Assembly (NCBI GenBank): GCA_050575255.1
Contig: JBNZDD010013732.1
Span: 20,532,244 to 20,596,243, forward strand
DNA: 64,000 bases
Reading direction: 5' to 3'
DNA from: Harriotta raleighana
Lineage: Eukaryota
Positions 1 through 14,465 of the stretch are shown piece after piece; within the stretch, counting starts at the first letter, position 1; each line of letters opens with the position of its first letter. The notes beneath the pieces are model-generated. The model was given only the letters and a program-made list of their open reading frames with translations, did no database searches and was not told the DNA's origin. Both the position numbers and the translations under genes were made by a program.

Positions 1-2069
1 CCACCTTATCTCATCTGACAAGAAGATATGTTAGTGTTCAAACTCTTTCCTTTCTTCCTGCCAAAGATTGTTCCTCAATTTCACTTGATGCTGAACTTTA
101 TCTAGTATCTCATGCTGCTTCCACCCAAAGAAAGTATGATTTTATGAATGTACACAATGAGCTATGAAATGTACTTTATTGAATGAAGTTAACAAATTGT
201 GCTGCTCACTGGGATGTGACAACCCATTCTATTTAAACATTGGGGAAGTGGCAATTCCTGGGTTATCTACAAGACAGCATTTTTATCTTGATGACAACAA
301 GCCTCTTGCCAAGCAAGCAGAAACATTAAGGAAATGGAAATGTACAGCAGCAGAAAGATCCTAAATAAACAGCAGTCCCAAGCTTTTCAAAATACGACAT
401 GCTGTTCTCCATTTTGCATATCTCCAGTACATTATCTGGAAGGACTTTGTAGTGTTGCACAATCATGTTGCCGTAATTGGAATTTCTTGATTGTTTTCAT
501 TTTAACTATCGTAAATGATAGATTGCACACCTTTTTTGCAATTTGATCTACGACAGTTATTATTGTATGACTGACTTGCAAAATATCACTGATTTAAAAT
601 TAAATTCACATGTTATTAAATCCTGGATAAAATATGATCCAACATGTATTATTCTAAAAGATGATAGAATATTAAAAACTGCTACAAATACAGTTATTAT
701 AGTGTCACATTATTTATTATCTGAGACATGTTTATGATCAGTTTCACAAGCCCACTCTGAATTTCATATGACCTTCATTCAAAATTGCTTCCAAATATGA
801 CTCACTAAAATTTCAAAAAGAAAATTCAATACTCTAAATTGGTATGTTGTTAATCATGAATTTTGACCTGACTTGGCATCCTTCATTAAATGATGAATGT
901 AGCTAAGCACAGCAATTTTCTTCACTCCTCCACTGTTACTGCCAGTTATTTATCCTCCAAATGAAGTCCTTTGTTGCCAAAGCACCCATCAATTTCAAAC
1001 CAGAAAATGCTTTTTCCTTAATTCTACTTTAGAGCTTCCTTTGGAAATAATAATACTAATCCTTGCATTTGTTATAGCGCTTTTCATATCTTCTAGACAT
1101 CTCAAAGCACCTCATAGAATATACTGTAAAGTGAATCGACTATATGTGTTTGCATCACACTGCATTACATCAGAGAACCGAACATTACAAAAAACAGTTT
1201 TTGGCATATTTTGCATTGGAAAAGGTGTTAGCTAATTGAGTATAAATAATAATATATCTGATGCATTTGGAGAATGGAAGAGACAGCAGATGTTAGAAGA
1301 GGCAGGTTTTTATTTGTTATAAATGTTGGCCAAGATTGCTTAAAGATACTTTCAGTTTGCTGATTTCTTGATTTGATTTCTATGAAATGTAATTTTCTTT
1401 TGTCTAATCTCAAGCCTTATTGTTCAACACTTAAAATAATCAAACTCACTAGTTTAGAATAGTATAAATGAGTGCCATATAAGAACGTTCTGCTTTATTC
1501 CTACATAATTATTCATCTTGAAATAATCCTCACATTTGATATAGCTTATCATGAAACTTCATTTAAGGTTTACCGTCAAGAGTCAAGTGTAGAAACTGTA
1601 TGTTGTAGTTTGCTGAATATGACAGCCAATTTGTACATAGAAATGCCCCACAAATACCCTGATGTGAATGATCAATTATCCCTGGAAGATTGTTAACCAG
1701 GATGCTCAGATTAATTTGCTTCTATTTTTCAACAGTTTCAGCATTGAAATGGAGTATCAACCTAGACCATGAGCTCATCGCTCAAACAGTTAAGGTTTCC
1801 CAGTAATAACTTTTTAAAAACCTCAATTCTTGATTTTCTGATTAATTTCAATTCAGTATCAACGCCATACATCATTTAACTTAGTAGATATTTGCAAATC
1901 AGTGAAGAGTTTTAGGTAGTTTATTCTGGTGATTTCTACCACTACTTGTGTTTGGGAAGGATAGGGTTGGGTTGCAGTGTACAAGGTTTATTTTCCAAGT
2001 TGTAGGTTGGCATCTCATAGCATTATCAAAAAGAGAGTTTCTCCCAATATCTTTCCAATGTAAATGTCC

Positions 2070-3532
2070 GTTCCCTTTCCAAAAAGCCCTCTCCCACAAT
2101 GAGGCCTCCCCTCCCGGCTACACCTTCCACCACACCCCCCGCCCTAACCAACGTGGCGGCAGGCTGGCCATCATCTCCAACGCTTTCCTTGGTCTCTCCC
2201 CCTATTCCTCTGGCTGCTTCCCTTCCTTCGAGCACCTCACCCTCTACCATCCTTCTCTTTCTTTAAAAATCCTTCATACCGCCCTGCTAAACCCCCTGGT
2301 TCCTTCTCCAATATCTCCACTCTCCTTCCTGTCCCTCAACTCTGAATGTCTGCTCATCATGGGTGATTTCTACCTACACCTAAACTCCTTCCTTTCAAAA
2401 ACTCTTGAACGCGGTGTTGCAAACCAACTCTGCACCCACCTCTCCTCCCACTCCCTTTGAACCTCTCTAGTCCGGTTTCCGCCCTGCCCACAGTACAGAA
2501 CTGCGCTTGTGGAAGTCACAAATGACGTCCTCTATCTGCGACCAGAACTCCCCCTACCTCCTTATCCTCCTCCTTACATTTATATAGCGCTTTCCACATC
2601 TCATCGACATCTCAAACCCAGCTCTATTTCTCCACTTCACTTTGCAACCCCCCAGTCCCCTGATGTTCTGTCAGCCTGCCAGTCAGACATCAGGAGCTGG
2701 ATTAGTGCAAATTTCTTGCAGTTGAATGTTGACAAGATAGAGGTCATACTCATTGGCTCCTGTCAAATGTCTCTATTCGCATGGCTCTCACTTCCTCCAC
2801 CTTCCCGTTCTGCTCCTAAAACTCTCCGAAGCTGTGCACAACCTAGGCGTCAGGTTCGACACCAACTGTCCTTCCTCCCTCACATCCAGTCCCTCAACAG
2901 CACCACCACCTTCCTCCTCCGATGGATCACTCATCTCCGCCAATACCTCACCCCAAAAGCCACTGAAACCCTGGACCACGCCTTTGGTACCTCTCAGCTG
3001 GATTATTGCAATGCCCTCTTCGCTGGTCTCCCCTCCTCCACAATCCACAGAGTCCAGTTTATCCAGAACTCTGCCCCTTGCGTTCTCACCCACACCAAAC
3101 TTCACTCCCCCATTCCCCGTCCTTGCCAGACTTCTGTGGCTCCCTATCCCAGAGAGGATTGATTTCAAGATCCTCGCCCTCGTTTTCAAATCCCTCCACT
3201 CCTCTGCAGCCCCCTACCTCTCTGACCTCTCTCCTCAAACCCCACCCATTGCCTTCGCTCCCTCGGGTCTGGCCTCCTCTGTGTCCCCTGAATCCTCCGC
3301 TCCAGCCTTGGTGGCCGTGCCTTCAGCTTCTATGCCCCAAGGCTCTGGAGTTCCCTTCCTCACTCCCTCCGCCTCGCCCCCTCTTTTTCCAGTTTCACGT
3401 CCCAGCTGAAGACCACGCCTTTGGTCACTTTTCTACCCCTGCCCCTGGCGTGGTCCAAGGATCCGGTGTTATGAAGCGATCTGAGACGCCGTCCAGCGTG
3501 GAGGGCGCTATATAAATCAAAGTTGTTGTTGT
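2070..3532 (+). mobile_element. L2-clade LINE, internally deleted and degenerate (APE endonuclease fragment joined to RT/C-terminal region, with 3' tail)
   Basis: ASPPGYTFHHTPRPNQRGG and IMGDF (endonuclease); SKTLER..ANQL, LQLNVDKIEV, LDYCNAL..GLP, LLWLPIPERIDFKI (L2 ORF2); tail gcgctatataaatcaaagttgttgttgt. Confidence 0.85.
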
Positions 3533-4945
3533 AAAAATACAATGGAAAATTATTTTGTTGAATTATTTCTCATTTTCTGTTCTTCAAAAAGGTATGAGAG
3601 AGACATATTTNAAATACAATGGAAAATTATTTTGTTTAATTATTTCTCATTTTCTGTTCTTCAAAAAGGTATGAGAGAGACATATTTTATAAAACATTGG
3701 CAGCCCAGTTTCACAGCAAAATGTTGATATTTTCACTGTCATGTTGAGGGTATTTTGGTCCACTGTTTGATTGCACGGATACAATGATGAAGCTATTTTC
3801 TTCGACAATTTGCTTTATTTCTACTTCTGCTTCATAAATTATTTTTTAAAATGCATAAAATCTGGATTTTAACAAATGTATTTAAATCTTCCTGCAGAGC
3901 TGCGCAACTTCAACTTTTTAAAGTTAACCAACATCAAGGGGATGGCCCATGCCTTCAGAGCTTGACAGTGTAAAGTCAATAGAAATGCAATATAGGACAG
4001 ACCCATGCTTGCCTGTGACCTTTCTGGAAGGATCACCTGCTGTAGTTCATCTGGCAAATCATGAGTAGTTCCTTCATTCATATTTGATCAAAACGTCTGC
4101 ACATTATTTGTGTCACAGAAGTTGAATCTAACTACTTTAGTTAATGGAACTCGGTCAATGTTTCCAAATCAGTGACGATTTTATTCCTTGGACAATTTCC
4201 CTCAAAATATGTTTTCTCTTTTTACCATATGAAACATTCGGGAAAAAAAGTCTGTGTTTTGTGCATTATTATGATTTTAAAATGTCAAATTCATGATATC
4301 AAATCCTTCAAAGCATTTTGTGGTTGCTATCAATAATATATTGCTTACTTGCTACGTGAAATATTTCACAATTCTCAATTCTGCAAAACAAATCTAGTGT
4401 ACCATTTACCAATTTATCCCCTGACATGGCAATTATGCTGACGGACTGAATTTGAACACACCTGCATGAATTTTTTGGCAGACATGTAAATTATTGCTGA
4501 AATTCTTCCTATCTTTTTCAGTTTGGAGTTGCAACACAGTTTTCTAAATTTACAACTCTAGGCATCTGTTGCCGCTCAAACTAAAGATATGCTTGAAATA
4601 GTAGATTAGAAATATAAACTAGGGTTTTGCTAGTAAAATCAAGACACATTCCTTTTTAAAAGGAGATTTGGTTGATAAGTCAATTTACTGAGCTGTGAAC
4701 ACTTCACTGATATTTGACAGCATTATAATTTAATTCCCTTCCAAGATTGAGAGTGCAGAATTGCAATGTATCAATTTTAAGTCATTTTCATAACAGATCT
4801 GTGTTACTACAATAACAGGATTCGGAACCAAATGTTAATAAATCCTGCTCAGCAAGCAGATGGTTCCACAGTCTGTCTGATCATCCACTGAGCATACACC
4901 TTTTCATGGATTTCTCAATTTATACATGAAGTAAAGTTAAAAGTA

Positions 4946-5324
4946 CAGTAAAACCCTGTTTATCCGGCACCCTCGAGGGGGGTCAACTAATTGCGACTAA
5001 TTGATTGTGCCTGTTTAAACGGGCGGCAAGTTGCTGAAAACCCACATTAAAAATTTACTTATTTTAAAACATACCATGTTAATAATAGACTACATAGTAA
5101 CAGAATATTGTATGGATACTTACCAATAAAGCATTCCAGCACACTTGGTAAAAAGATCGGTAAAAAAGCATTTTTTACCGATCGATAAAAACCCAAATTC
5201 GTAAATTTAATAAGTGCACATGCGCACTCAAAGTGAGCAAACTCACAATTGCTGGAATGAGGAATTGCCCCAGGAGGGGGTCATGCAATCCGGTTGATCG
5301 GGTCATGGATAAACGGTTTTACTG
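4946..5324 (+). mobile_element. Tigger-like MITE family A, copy 1
   Basis: TA|cagtaaaaccctgtttatcc ... ggataaacggttttactg|TA. Confidence 0.85.
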
Positions 5325-7234
5325 TATCAGGAAACTTGGCTCGAGTATTATTAGATTGTCTGTCAATTTGACGGAAACCATGTTGCATTGCACATACAAA
5401 CATTTGACTTGTGCATAAATGAAGTATGTTTCAAAATAAGTCAAGAAAATAATTAAAATAACTGATGCATGAAAAGGAACACTATACATACAATCTCTGA
5501 ATCTATATGCTCAAAGGATTGACTCTCAACTCTGCCAATGCAGTTTGACAAGACAAAGTTACATGATTAGTTTATAATATGGAGTGATTTAAGACTCTCA
5601 AAATTCATCTCAATAATGGATAGGTTATTGATTTGGGGGCATTCTAGTGTTTATAAATACATCCATTTAATGCAGTCAGTTTATGATCATTTTTCTAATC
5701 TAATTGGTTTCTTTAAAAAAGGCTCCTTCCTGTATGAATAACACACTGATTACAATTAAATTATTAAAATTGATTAATCTTCAAGCAAACAATTTATCTT
5801 GCTCTCTAAATATTTGAAGGTTTTGCTTGCAATTTGTTTGCTCAGTTGTTGGGGCGATGGTGGGTCGCCATGGCAAAGAGGTATTTGGATATTGAACTGG
5901 AAGCAAGCATTTGGGCCACTTTATCAGGCAGAACAGATATGTATCACATGTAACACTAAGGTATATACAGGTCAGCAAATCACAAAGGTGCATAGTACAA
6001 GAATGAAAGGGGAATAAGAGAGGTAGTTGATAGGGCACAGCTTTAGATTGCTTCATCACTTTGGCATGCCGGCGATTTGTAGTTAATCGAGCCACCTTTT
6101 TGGTGTTCAGATATCACTTGAACTCTTGACAGGTCCATGATGAGACTCATTAGGCTGCAGGTAAAATAAAATGTGATCCATTTATGACTTAAGGCAGATT
6201 GGGATCAGAGAGCACATGATGCTACTCTCGCAGAGTGCAACTTTTTTTTTGCTAGGAATTACTTTCTATTTATTTTCTCTACTTTTACTGCATTATGAAC
6301 ACTGTTGGTAATTTCCTCTACATATCGATTTGCTCCCTGAAATAAATTGTTGTATAATTCTAATTATTATTTAGGAAAATATCTACATGTCTGTGTCTTC
6401 ATGGCTCTCCCTTACATCCCTTACAGTATTTTTACACCCATTTATTGAAAATAAATGCATCATGCCAATAAAATTCAGAGGGAAAAAAATCTGCCTTATA
6501 CAGGCATATTAGATTTTCTGTTTTGTTTCAGAATTAAATTATTGAAAGTGATAACAGAATAAAGCGAAATTCATTGTTAAATATGTTTGACCTGTCTCAA
6601 CTTAGTTTGAAGTGTTAATTTGCCACTAAGTATGAGAAGTGGGGCTTTAATATCCTTGTCGCATTGCAAGGAGCAATGACATCAAATAACGCAATATGAA
6701 TTAGAACTGAGACTCATTCCAGGCAGAGAGCTAATTGACAGTCTAATATGGGTAATACCATAAACACTGAGAATCTTGTTTGAGCTGTTTCAAACTTATC
6801 TGTGAAGAAATCTGTCTTAATGCCTTCAAGTCACTGAACTGTGAATCTTTATTGTGTGTTCTATTATAATATAAATCAATCATTATATTAAATGAGGTTA
6901 TTCTGCTCTTAACAGTGGCAACAGCCTTATTAATGTGCAGTGATATACAGACTGAAAGATTAATGATTACAAGATAATTGCTATAAGTCTTATCAAAAAA
7001 TGATTTCAAGAAAAATGCTTTTATCAAGATTCCCCACTTGGACTGGGCCTTCAGACTCCCGCCTACCTTCTCTACCCTCAATGATCCTAACAGAACGCTC
7101 GCGCCCCAACCCCAACCCTCTGGTCCTAAGTCCTGACTGTTCAATGCCTTCGGAAGTCCTCCCAATGTGAAAGAAAGAAGTCTTCTTATTTGTATTAACA
7201 GATCCAAGGGAACTGTGAAGTCTTCATCAAATTA

Positions 7235-7633
7235 CAGTAAAACCCTGTTTATCCGGCACCCACGGGACCTGGACGGTGGCGGTTAAACGGTTTTCCAGTT
7301 GGATGCTTTTTTTAAAAAGAATTTCACTTGCCATATTAATAATAGACTAAATAATAACAGAATATTATATTAGTACTTTATTATTTATACTTAATTTCAC
7401 AATGGTGGCCCACATCCCACGGAGGAAAAAGCAGCAGCAGCAACTTTTAAAAGGAGCAGGAGCGAGTTTAGACACGACTAGCAGCCATCCGAGTACCTAC
7501 ACCAGTACTCACGTGCGATAATCAATTCATTAAATGCATCATCACTGTGCTGCCAAATCGGGACTTTTTTTTTTAGGTTCCAGTTCAACGGGTTTTCCGG
7601 TTCATCGAGAGATGGATAAATGGAGTTTTACTG
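7235..7633 (+). mobile_element. Tigger-like MITE family A, copy 2
   Basis: Same TIRs, TA target duplication, shared internal ccatattaataatagactaa. Confidence 0.85.
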
Positions 7634-7856
7634 TATTATACTGGAAATATACAATTATACTAGAATTATCAAAATCTTCCAAGAGCATCACAGGTAAGAT
7701 ATTCATCAATCTTTTTCTTGACCAATCTACACATGAATTTTAAAAATGGTTGTGCCCACAATAAATTGGATTACGTTTCTTCCGAATATTTCTGTTCCTT
7801 TGGGGGTAACCGAATACATTAGATCCTTAACTTGACTTTCAAATCAATGTTTCGTG

Positions 7857-8278
7857 ATAATAATAATCCTTGCATTTAATATAGCACCTTATCATGTCGT
7901 AAAGACATCTCAAAATGTACAAAAGGATTTACTTTGGAATGATTGTCTATTTTAAGGTAAGGCGCCAGCACAATTGCAAATAGCAATAAAATGAATGACC
8001 AATTTGGGGGAGGTTTAGGGGATTTTTAGCCAGGATAATAAGAGAAACTCCGTTCTCTTTTCGAAGATTCCCCACTTGGACTGGGCCTTCAGACTCCCGC
8101 CTACCTTAGACATTGATCAAATGGGACCTTGCTTCATCTCTCATCCATAAAATGGCACCTTCGACAAAGCAACAATACCCCCAGAACTGCACAAGAGTAT
8201 CAGCTTGGACTTGAATTCACATAGTTTAACAATTACAACTTTGTGAATCAAAGGCAAGAGTGCTTCCACTGAGTCAAA
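7857..8278 (-). mobile_element. Deu-domain tRNA-SINE, near full length
   Basis: Tail taataatccttgcatttaatatagc, Deu core (tctcatcc..aatggcaccttcgaca..gca), tRNA-like head at the right end. Confidence 0.65.
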
Positions 8279-11200
8279 CAAACAGCCAATGAAGGCTGAT
8301 TTCGAATCTCAATGTTGCAGGTATAGAACTTTACTTTTATCCATTCTGTAGATTGCTTGCTGCAGAAAGAGTACATTGTATCTTCCAGTGAGGATCACCA
8401 AGAGCAGTTGTATTCAACAATGGGTTTTTACAATGTGTACTTTTCTCTTTAAGATGACCGAGGCTATAAAGTCTGCTTCCATTTAAGAAGGTGTAGAATT
8501 TTGGAAAACTTCTAAATTTAAGAATTTTACAAACTTCTGCAGAAACTTAAAAGTTTAAAACTGTGATCTTAAGCTTAAATCCATAAACCATTTTGCACCT
8601 CTGGTGCCATTTGGTCAACTTCAGGCAGTCAATCACGTCCACTATGTGATTGTGATTGCATATGATTGATCCTTACTGCATTTGTTGCAAGTTGAATAAC
8701 AAGTCTCTTTCCAAACTTATAAGTATGTGCAAAAAGTCTGAATGGAATCTCTGGCGAGTGATTGCATGATTGGAAGCTGATTACATTGTTGGCAATTCTG
8801 CTGTCCCAATACTGTACTAATCTAGTGTGCTAACTAAAGACGTTGTTATAGATGAAGTCAGTAAAGTTGTAATCAATTGAATTAATGTAGTGTTTTCACC
8901 TTATGAAAGAAAAAAAATTGCATTAAGAAACACTGAAGTAACTTTAGCTTTCAAATACCTATATTGTAAAGTAATTATGCAGCAACATGAGAAGTTTTTT
9001 AAACCATTAGATTCAAGTTTGCTCCTGGGCATTTAAGATGAATAGCATTAATAAGATGCCAAAAACAAGATGCTTTTACTTCATCTTCGTCGCAAACAAG
9101 AATCTAGCAAACAAAATGGTATTTTCATTTTAAATTATCTTGCACTGGATAGTTCTGGGTCATTACCTAAACAGAAACAATTTTTTTTAAATAAGTGTAG
9201 CACAAAAAGAGTTTAAGATATCCTTGCACAAAGAAACACTAAGAACATTTTATCATCTAAACAAATATCCAGATATATTGTGAACACAAACTTTTATGGA
9301 CATTCTCCCATGGCTCTTCAGTATTAAAATGAAGACAAAGAGTGATTGTTAAATTCTTAGTAACTCTGCGTTTGAACAAACAACTAATTATCTTTTAAGC
9401 TATTTATTCTATAACTTTAGCTAATATACTATCAGTTATCTTCAGCGAACGTATCAGTACCTCTACATTTTAGCAAGATAAATTCCACATCAATATCCTA
9501 TGCATCAATATTCTTGTTATTCCATCCCAAATACCTGTTTGTATTTTCTGGGAATAGGTATTATGAAGTGTGGACTTTTACTCCACCCTATCCCACCCCC
9601 ACCTTTCACCTCACTGCAAGCATGCCCAGGGAGAAATTGCACAATTGCACATTTCAGAAGAGACAAACAAAATATTTTGTGAGCAGGGAATTGGGCTTGT
9701 AAAATGAGGCAGCAGGTTTTGTTCTGTCAGATCACAAATTATCTGAAATAAATGTTTAGGTATTTTTGCTGTATTTCATATTACCGTATTGGAATCTATT
9801 TATCCCCTCCACACCCCGTGATTTACGTTTTTTAATCTCTGCCATATATCTATTATTCTCATTTAAAATTGAAAAAAGAAAATTGAAAGATATATGAGAG
9901 AGATTAAAAAGTGAAATTGACTGCCATATTGAAATTGCACAATTGACTGCCATGTTACACCCAAAAAATATACAGTCGAGTCACTTTACAGTGTATTCTG
10001 TGAAACACTTTGAGACATCTCAAAGACGTGATAAGGGCCATCTCAAATGCAAGGATTATTATGTTATTATTTACCACACACACAAACAGCCCTTTACTTG
10101 TTGGATAAATGTGCTAAATGAATGATTTGAAAGAACTTTAATTTTCTCAGAATACAGGGACCATTCATCCGGAAGTAATGAGAGAAGAGATCAGATCAAA
10201 ATACATGATATGTTTAAATTTAATCATTCGCAAATCATTATTCCAGTCTTGGCATTCAAAACAAACATATTCCCCAGCTGGCCCTCAGCCACCAGCTGTG
10301 TCTTTCCATGGTATGTCTAATTAGGGGCCGAGTGTGACTGCTTTGGCACAAGATGAAATCGAGCAGTGACAGGCACACTGGTGTTAAAACCTCAATAAGC
10401 ACATGCCTTTGAGTTTATTATTGTTACAAGAGTATGACTGGGGATTTTTAGTCCTGAACAGAAGTATTACATTTGTTTTCAATTTTTGCCTATCATTCTC
10501 ATGATTACAATGGTGGCTGCTTTGATGCACAGAACTGTGATACACTTGTAAAATGTGAGGTTACTGCTTCTGAGGAAAAGCTGTAGCCATTGTCTGGCAT
10601 TCACTGTCAGATTCAGTCCTTGGTCCATTATTGTTGAAACACATGGAGCTTGTAATGTTCCAGTTGGCCACGTTTCTCCTTCCTGCAATCTAAAATTGGA
10701 ATGAATTGTTTCCGCTGTATAAAATGATGGCATCTAATATGTGGTTTGAATTCAGCAATTTGTAATGTAATAATTCTTGCATTTGATATACCGCCTTATA
10801 ATGTCATTCAGATGTCTCAAAGCGCTTCAATGAATATACTGTAAAGTGGATTGACTTTGTACTTCATGGGTGAAATGCGGAGCCAATTACACATGGCAAT
10901 GTCCCACAAACAGTCACGGATTGAGTCATCAAATTTGGTTTTTTTAAGGGATTATTAACACCCCCTAAAGCAATGTGCCAATGAACTAACAATTGGGTTC
11001 CAAATTACTGCTAGATAACAAAGGTGTGTGGAGTATGAAAACTTGCAGTTTATCAAGTAGGAATGTATTTGAGGCAGAGTGAGCCAGTACCAATGTCATG
11101 AAGTTGGGTAGTGCTTTCATCTTCCAGTTCATGAGTCTCACTTTTCTGACCACTTTTCGATCTCAATGCCTGTCCAACAGAACGGTTCTCAAGGTCTCAG

Positions 11201-13434
11201 GGCTCTTCCACTTCTTCTCTCTAACTCCCCACAGAGGATTTCAGATTTGTTCTTTGATTTTCCACTCTGGTGTGTGGAAGGAATGTCTTAGTTTCCTCAA
11301 AGCTTTGATTATGGCCAATTTTAAAAGTACTGTACACATAATAGCTTCAAAATCAATGTTAAGGCTAAACATACAGTATATTGCATGAATGTACCTGATA
11401 ATCTAAATGTATCTCCTTTTCCAATTTCATGTCACGCCTGAAGATCTTTCTGTTTCACCACACTTACGGTCACCTTCCCCCTCCCCCTGGCTCGGCCTCG
11501 GGCTCTGATATTGTGAAGGGCTCTAGGACGCTGCCTGGCATGGAGGGCGCTATATTAATCCAAATGTTGTTGTTGATAAGTCAGCTCAATACAAACATGC
11601 TTCAGGTCGTAAGGAATTAAGGGGTGTGAACAGGAAGGAACTGAAGATGTAAGAAAAAACAAAAGATGCAAATACATTGCAGATTCCTTGTAAAATGATC
11701 TCTGGTGCTCAGCTGTCCTTTCAGAGGACGTCACTTAGAGTTTCACTACACAAGAGGAGGGTGACTGACCTTGGAGCATATTTATCGTATCCTCAAGGTT
11801 ATATCATGAGAATCTTTGGCAGAGGGCTAAAATCGCAACCTTCCTCAAGGACAGGGAAACAAACCTATGGACAAAATAAACAATAAATCAATATCAAGGA
11901 AACTAAGAATATTCCTCTCTCAACATAAAATAGAAATTAATTTTCAAGATAAGAATATTTCCACTATAAGGTGTCCGAGTGATTAGATTCTTTCATTACA
12001 CAAAACCACTTGCATGTATAATAATTGTTATTGCATATGTAATAATAATTATTATTGCATGATAATAATCCCTAAAATAAATTAGTCACTTCAATCCACA
12101 ACTGTTTGTGGGACACTGCTGTGCGCAATTGGCTCCCGTGTTTAGCCCACAAATATAGTCAATTCACTTCACAATGTATTCTGTGAAGCTCTTTGAGAGG
12201 TCTAGAATACGTGAAAGGCGCTATATCAAATGCAAGGATTATTATATATGTAGCACTTATCACACACATTAGATTAAATGCAGATCAGAAAAAGAAGTCA
12301 AACTAAACAGGTCAGTTAACACGGTTTCAGCTACCTCATCAAAGTCATGTCAATTCCATAATCCTTGGAGATGAAAATGGCAGCTGGTGAGAGAAGAGAT
12401 GAAAGTACTGTGGGATTCAGTCAAGCTGTTAAAAAGCACAGAAGCAGTAACTTCAGAGAGAATCACCCATGTGTGGAGAGGCTGGAACTCTAAATAGTGG
12501 GGGAGACAGCATCAGGCTTTGAACTGAATTTTTGAAACAGGGCCAGGTTAAGCATACCTTTTATTAATATTTTATGTTTAGAAGCATTCAAGGAGAAGTA
12601 TAAAGAGAGTTGCAAATGTAATGGGTGAAGCAAAAGTAAACATTGTGTAGAAGGTGCACGAGTGGTGTATTTTCTTGAAACTAACATTGCCTCTCTCAGG
12701 ATCATGTGCAAGTTAATTTTTTTTAAGAATAAGATTAAATAGGCCTAAGCAGCTTCTTTCTTATTTTGAATCTCTCTTGTGAACAGATTCTTCGGGGGTT
12801 TACTTCTAAGAATAAAATACCCTCCACAAGAATGTACAGTACTGTACATCACAAAAGCATTTTACCCTTCTGAAAAGAAAACAATTGCCTCCTATAAAAA
12901 TCATAAAGTGACTTTAATACGGCTGTAGATTGTGGAATTACATGTGAAAATATTTCAACAATTTACCACTCTCCAAATGACAGTTTCCATGCACTGTTGT
13001 GCCTACAAATTAGAAACAACATCATTGAATATGTTGAACAGTTCACTTTGGTTGTCACCCTTACATTACACAAGAAATGAAAAGGAAAATTGGGCTAGCA
13101 TCTTGGGCCGACTTCCCAAAGTGAAAGGCACTATATAAATGCAATTGGTTGTTGCCTTGCCTCTTCGTAAAGTCTGCAAAATGCAAAATGTAACTCAGCA
13201 GACCTGGAAGTATGAATATATATGAATACATCTGAATACATATGTAGAATACATCTAACAAATCACTATACCAAAATAATCCTGGGCAACAATCCACTAG
13301 ACAAATTGTTCATTTACTTCATCACTGTTTCTGGGATCTGGCTGTGTGCAAATTAGGGGAGCACAATTGCTTACAAATACAATAACAATGTGCGCTACCA
13401 ATATCTGGGACTCTGGTTGATTTTTACATTGCAT

Positions 13435-14465
13435 ACATAAGAACAAAAGAACATAAGAATTAGGAGCAGGAGTAGGCCATTCGGCCTTTCGAGCCTGCCC
13501 CGCCATTCAATAAGATCATGGCTGGTCTTTTGACCTAACTCTAATTACCTGCCATATCCCCATATCCCCTAATCCTTCTATTTTTAAAAAATCTATCAGT
13601 CTCAGCCTTGAAAATGTTCAAGGACTGAGCATCTACAGCCTTCCATAAATTCACTACCCTCTGAGTGAAGAAATGTTTCCTCAACTCTGTTCTAAAAGGC
13701 TGACCATTAATTTTAAGACTGTGACCCCTGGTTATAGATTCTCCTACCAGGGGAAACAGTCCCTCAGCGTCTACTTTATCCAGCCCTTTAAGAATCTTAT
13801 TTGTTTCAATAAGATCCCCCCTAATTCTTCTGTACTTTAGAGAATATAGCCCTAGTTTATTCAACCTATCCTCATAGGTCAGTCCCCTCATCCCAGGAAC
13901 TAACCTAGTGAATCTACGATGCACACCCTCTAAGGCAAGTGTATCCTTTTTCAAATAAGGAGACCAAAACTGCACACAATACTCTAGGTGGGGTCTCACC
14001 AAAGCCCTATACAGTTGCAGCAAGACTTCCCTACTCTTGTACTCTAAACCTTTTGAAATGAACGCTAGCATGCCGTTCGCCTTCTTAGTTGCTTGCTGCA
14101 CCTGCAAACTAACTTTTTGAGACTGGTGTACAAGGACACCCAAATCCCTTTGAATACTAACACTATCTAACCTCCCCCCCTCTAGAAAATAATCTATTCT
14201 TTTATTTTTGCTACCTAGGTGAATAATTTCACACTTGCCAACATTAAATTCCATTTGCCACCTGCTTGCCCACTCCCCTAGCCTATCTATATCGTGTTGT
14301 AATCTTTTTGCATCATCCTCAGAGCTCACTCTCCTACCTAGTTTAGTGTCATCTGCGAATTTAGACACATTATTCAACGTCCTCATCTAGATCATTGATG
14401 TAAATATTAAGTAGCCGAGGCCCAAGCACTGATCCTTGTGGCACTCCACTAGTTACATCCTCACA
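13435..14465 (-). mobile_element. 5'-truncated CR1 LINE (RT C-terminal half plus 3' tail), with a frameshift near 14380
   Basis: [64 protein letters not shown]; (ttcttatg)-type tail. Confidence 0.93.

Noticed and set aside
164-364. 66-aa plus-strand ORF with natural-looking composition
   Set aside because: No recognisable family, in-frame stop just upstream, no convincing splice context
3535-3687. 76-bp tandem duplication around the single n at 3611
   Set aside because: Near-identical flanks either side of an n are typical of an unmerged contig overlap (assembly artefact)
3898-3966. Possible plus-strand terminal exon (LRNFNFLKLTNIKGMAHAFRA*) after cctgcag
   Set aside because: Not recognisable as PARG or any protein I know; no partner exons found
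11050-11310. Minus-strand frame resembling a decayed exon (..DLENRSVGQALRSKSGQKSETHELEDEST..)
   Set aside because: Two internal stops, no homology recognised; within chance expectation
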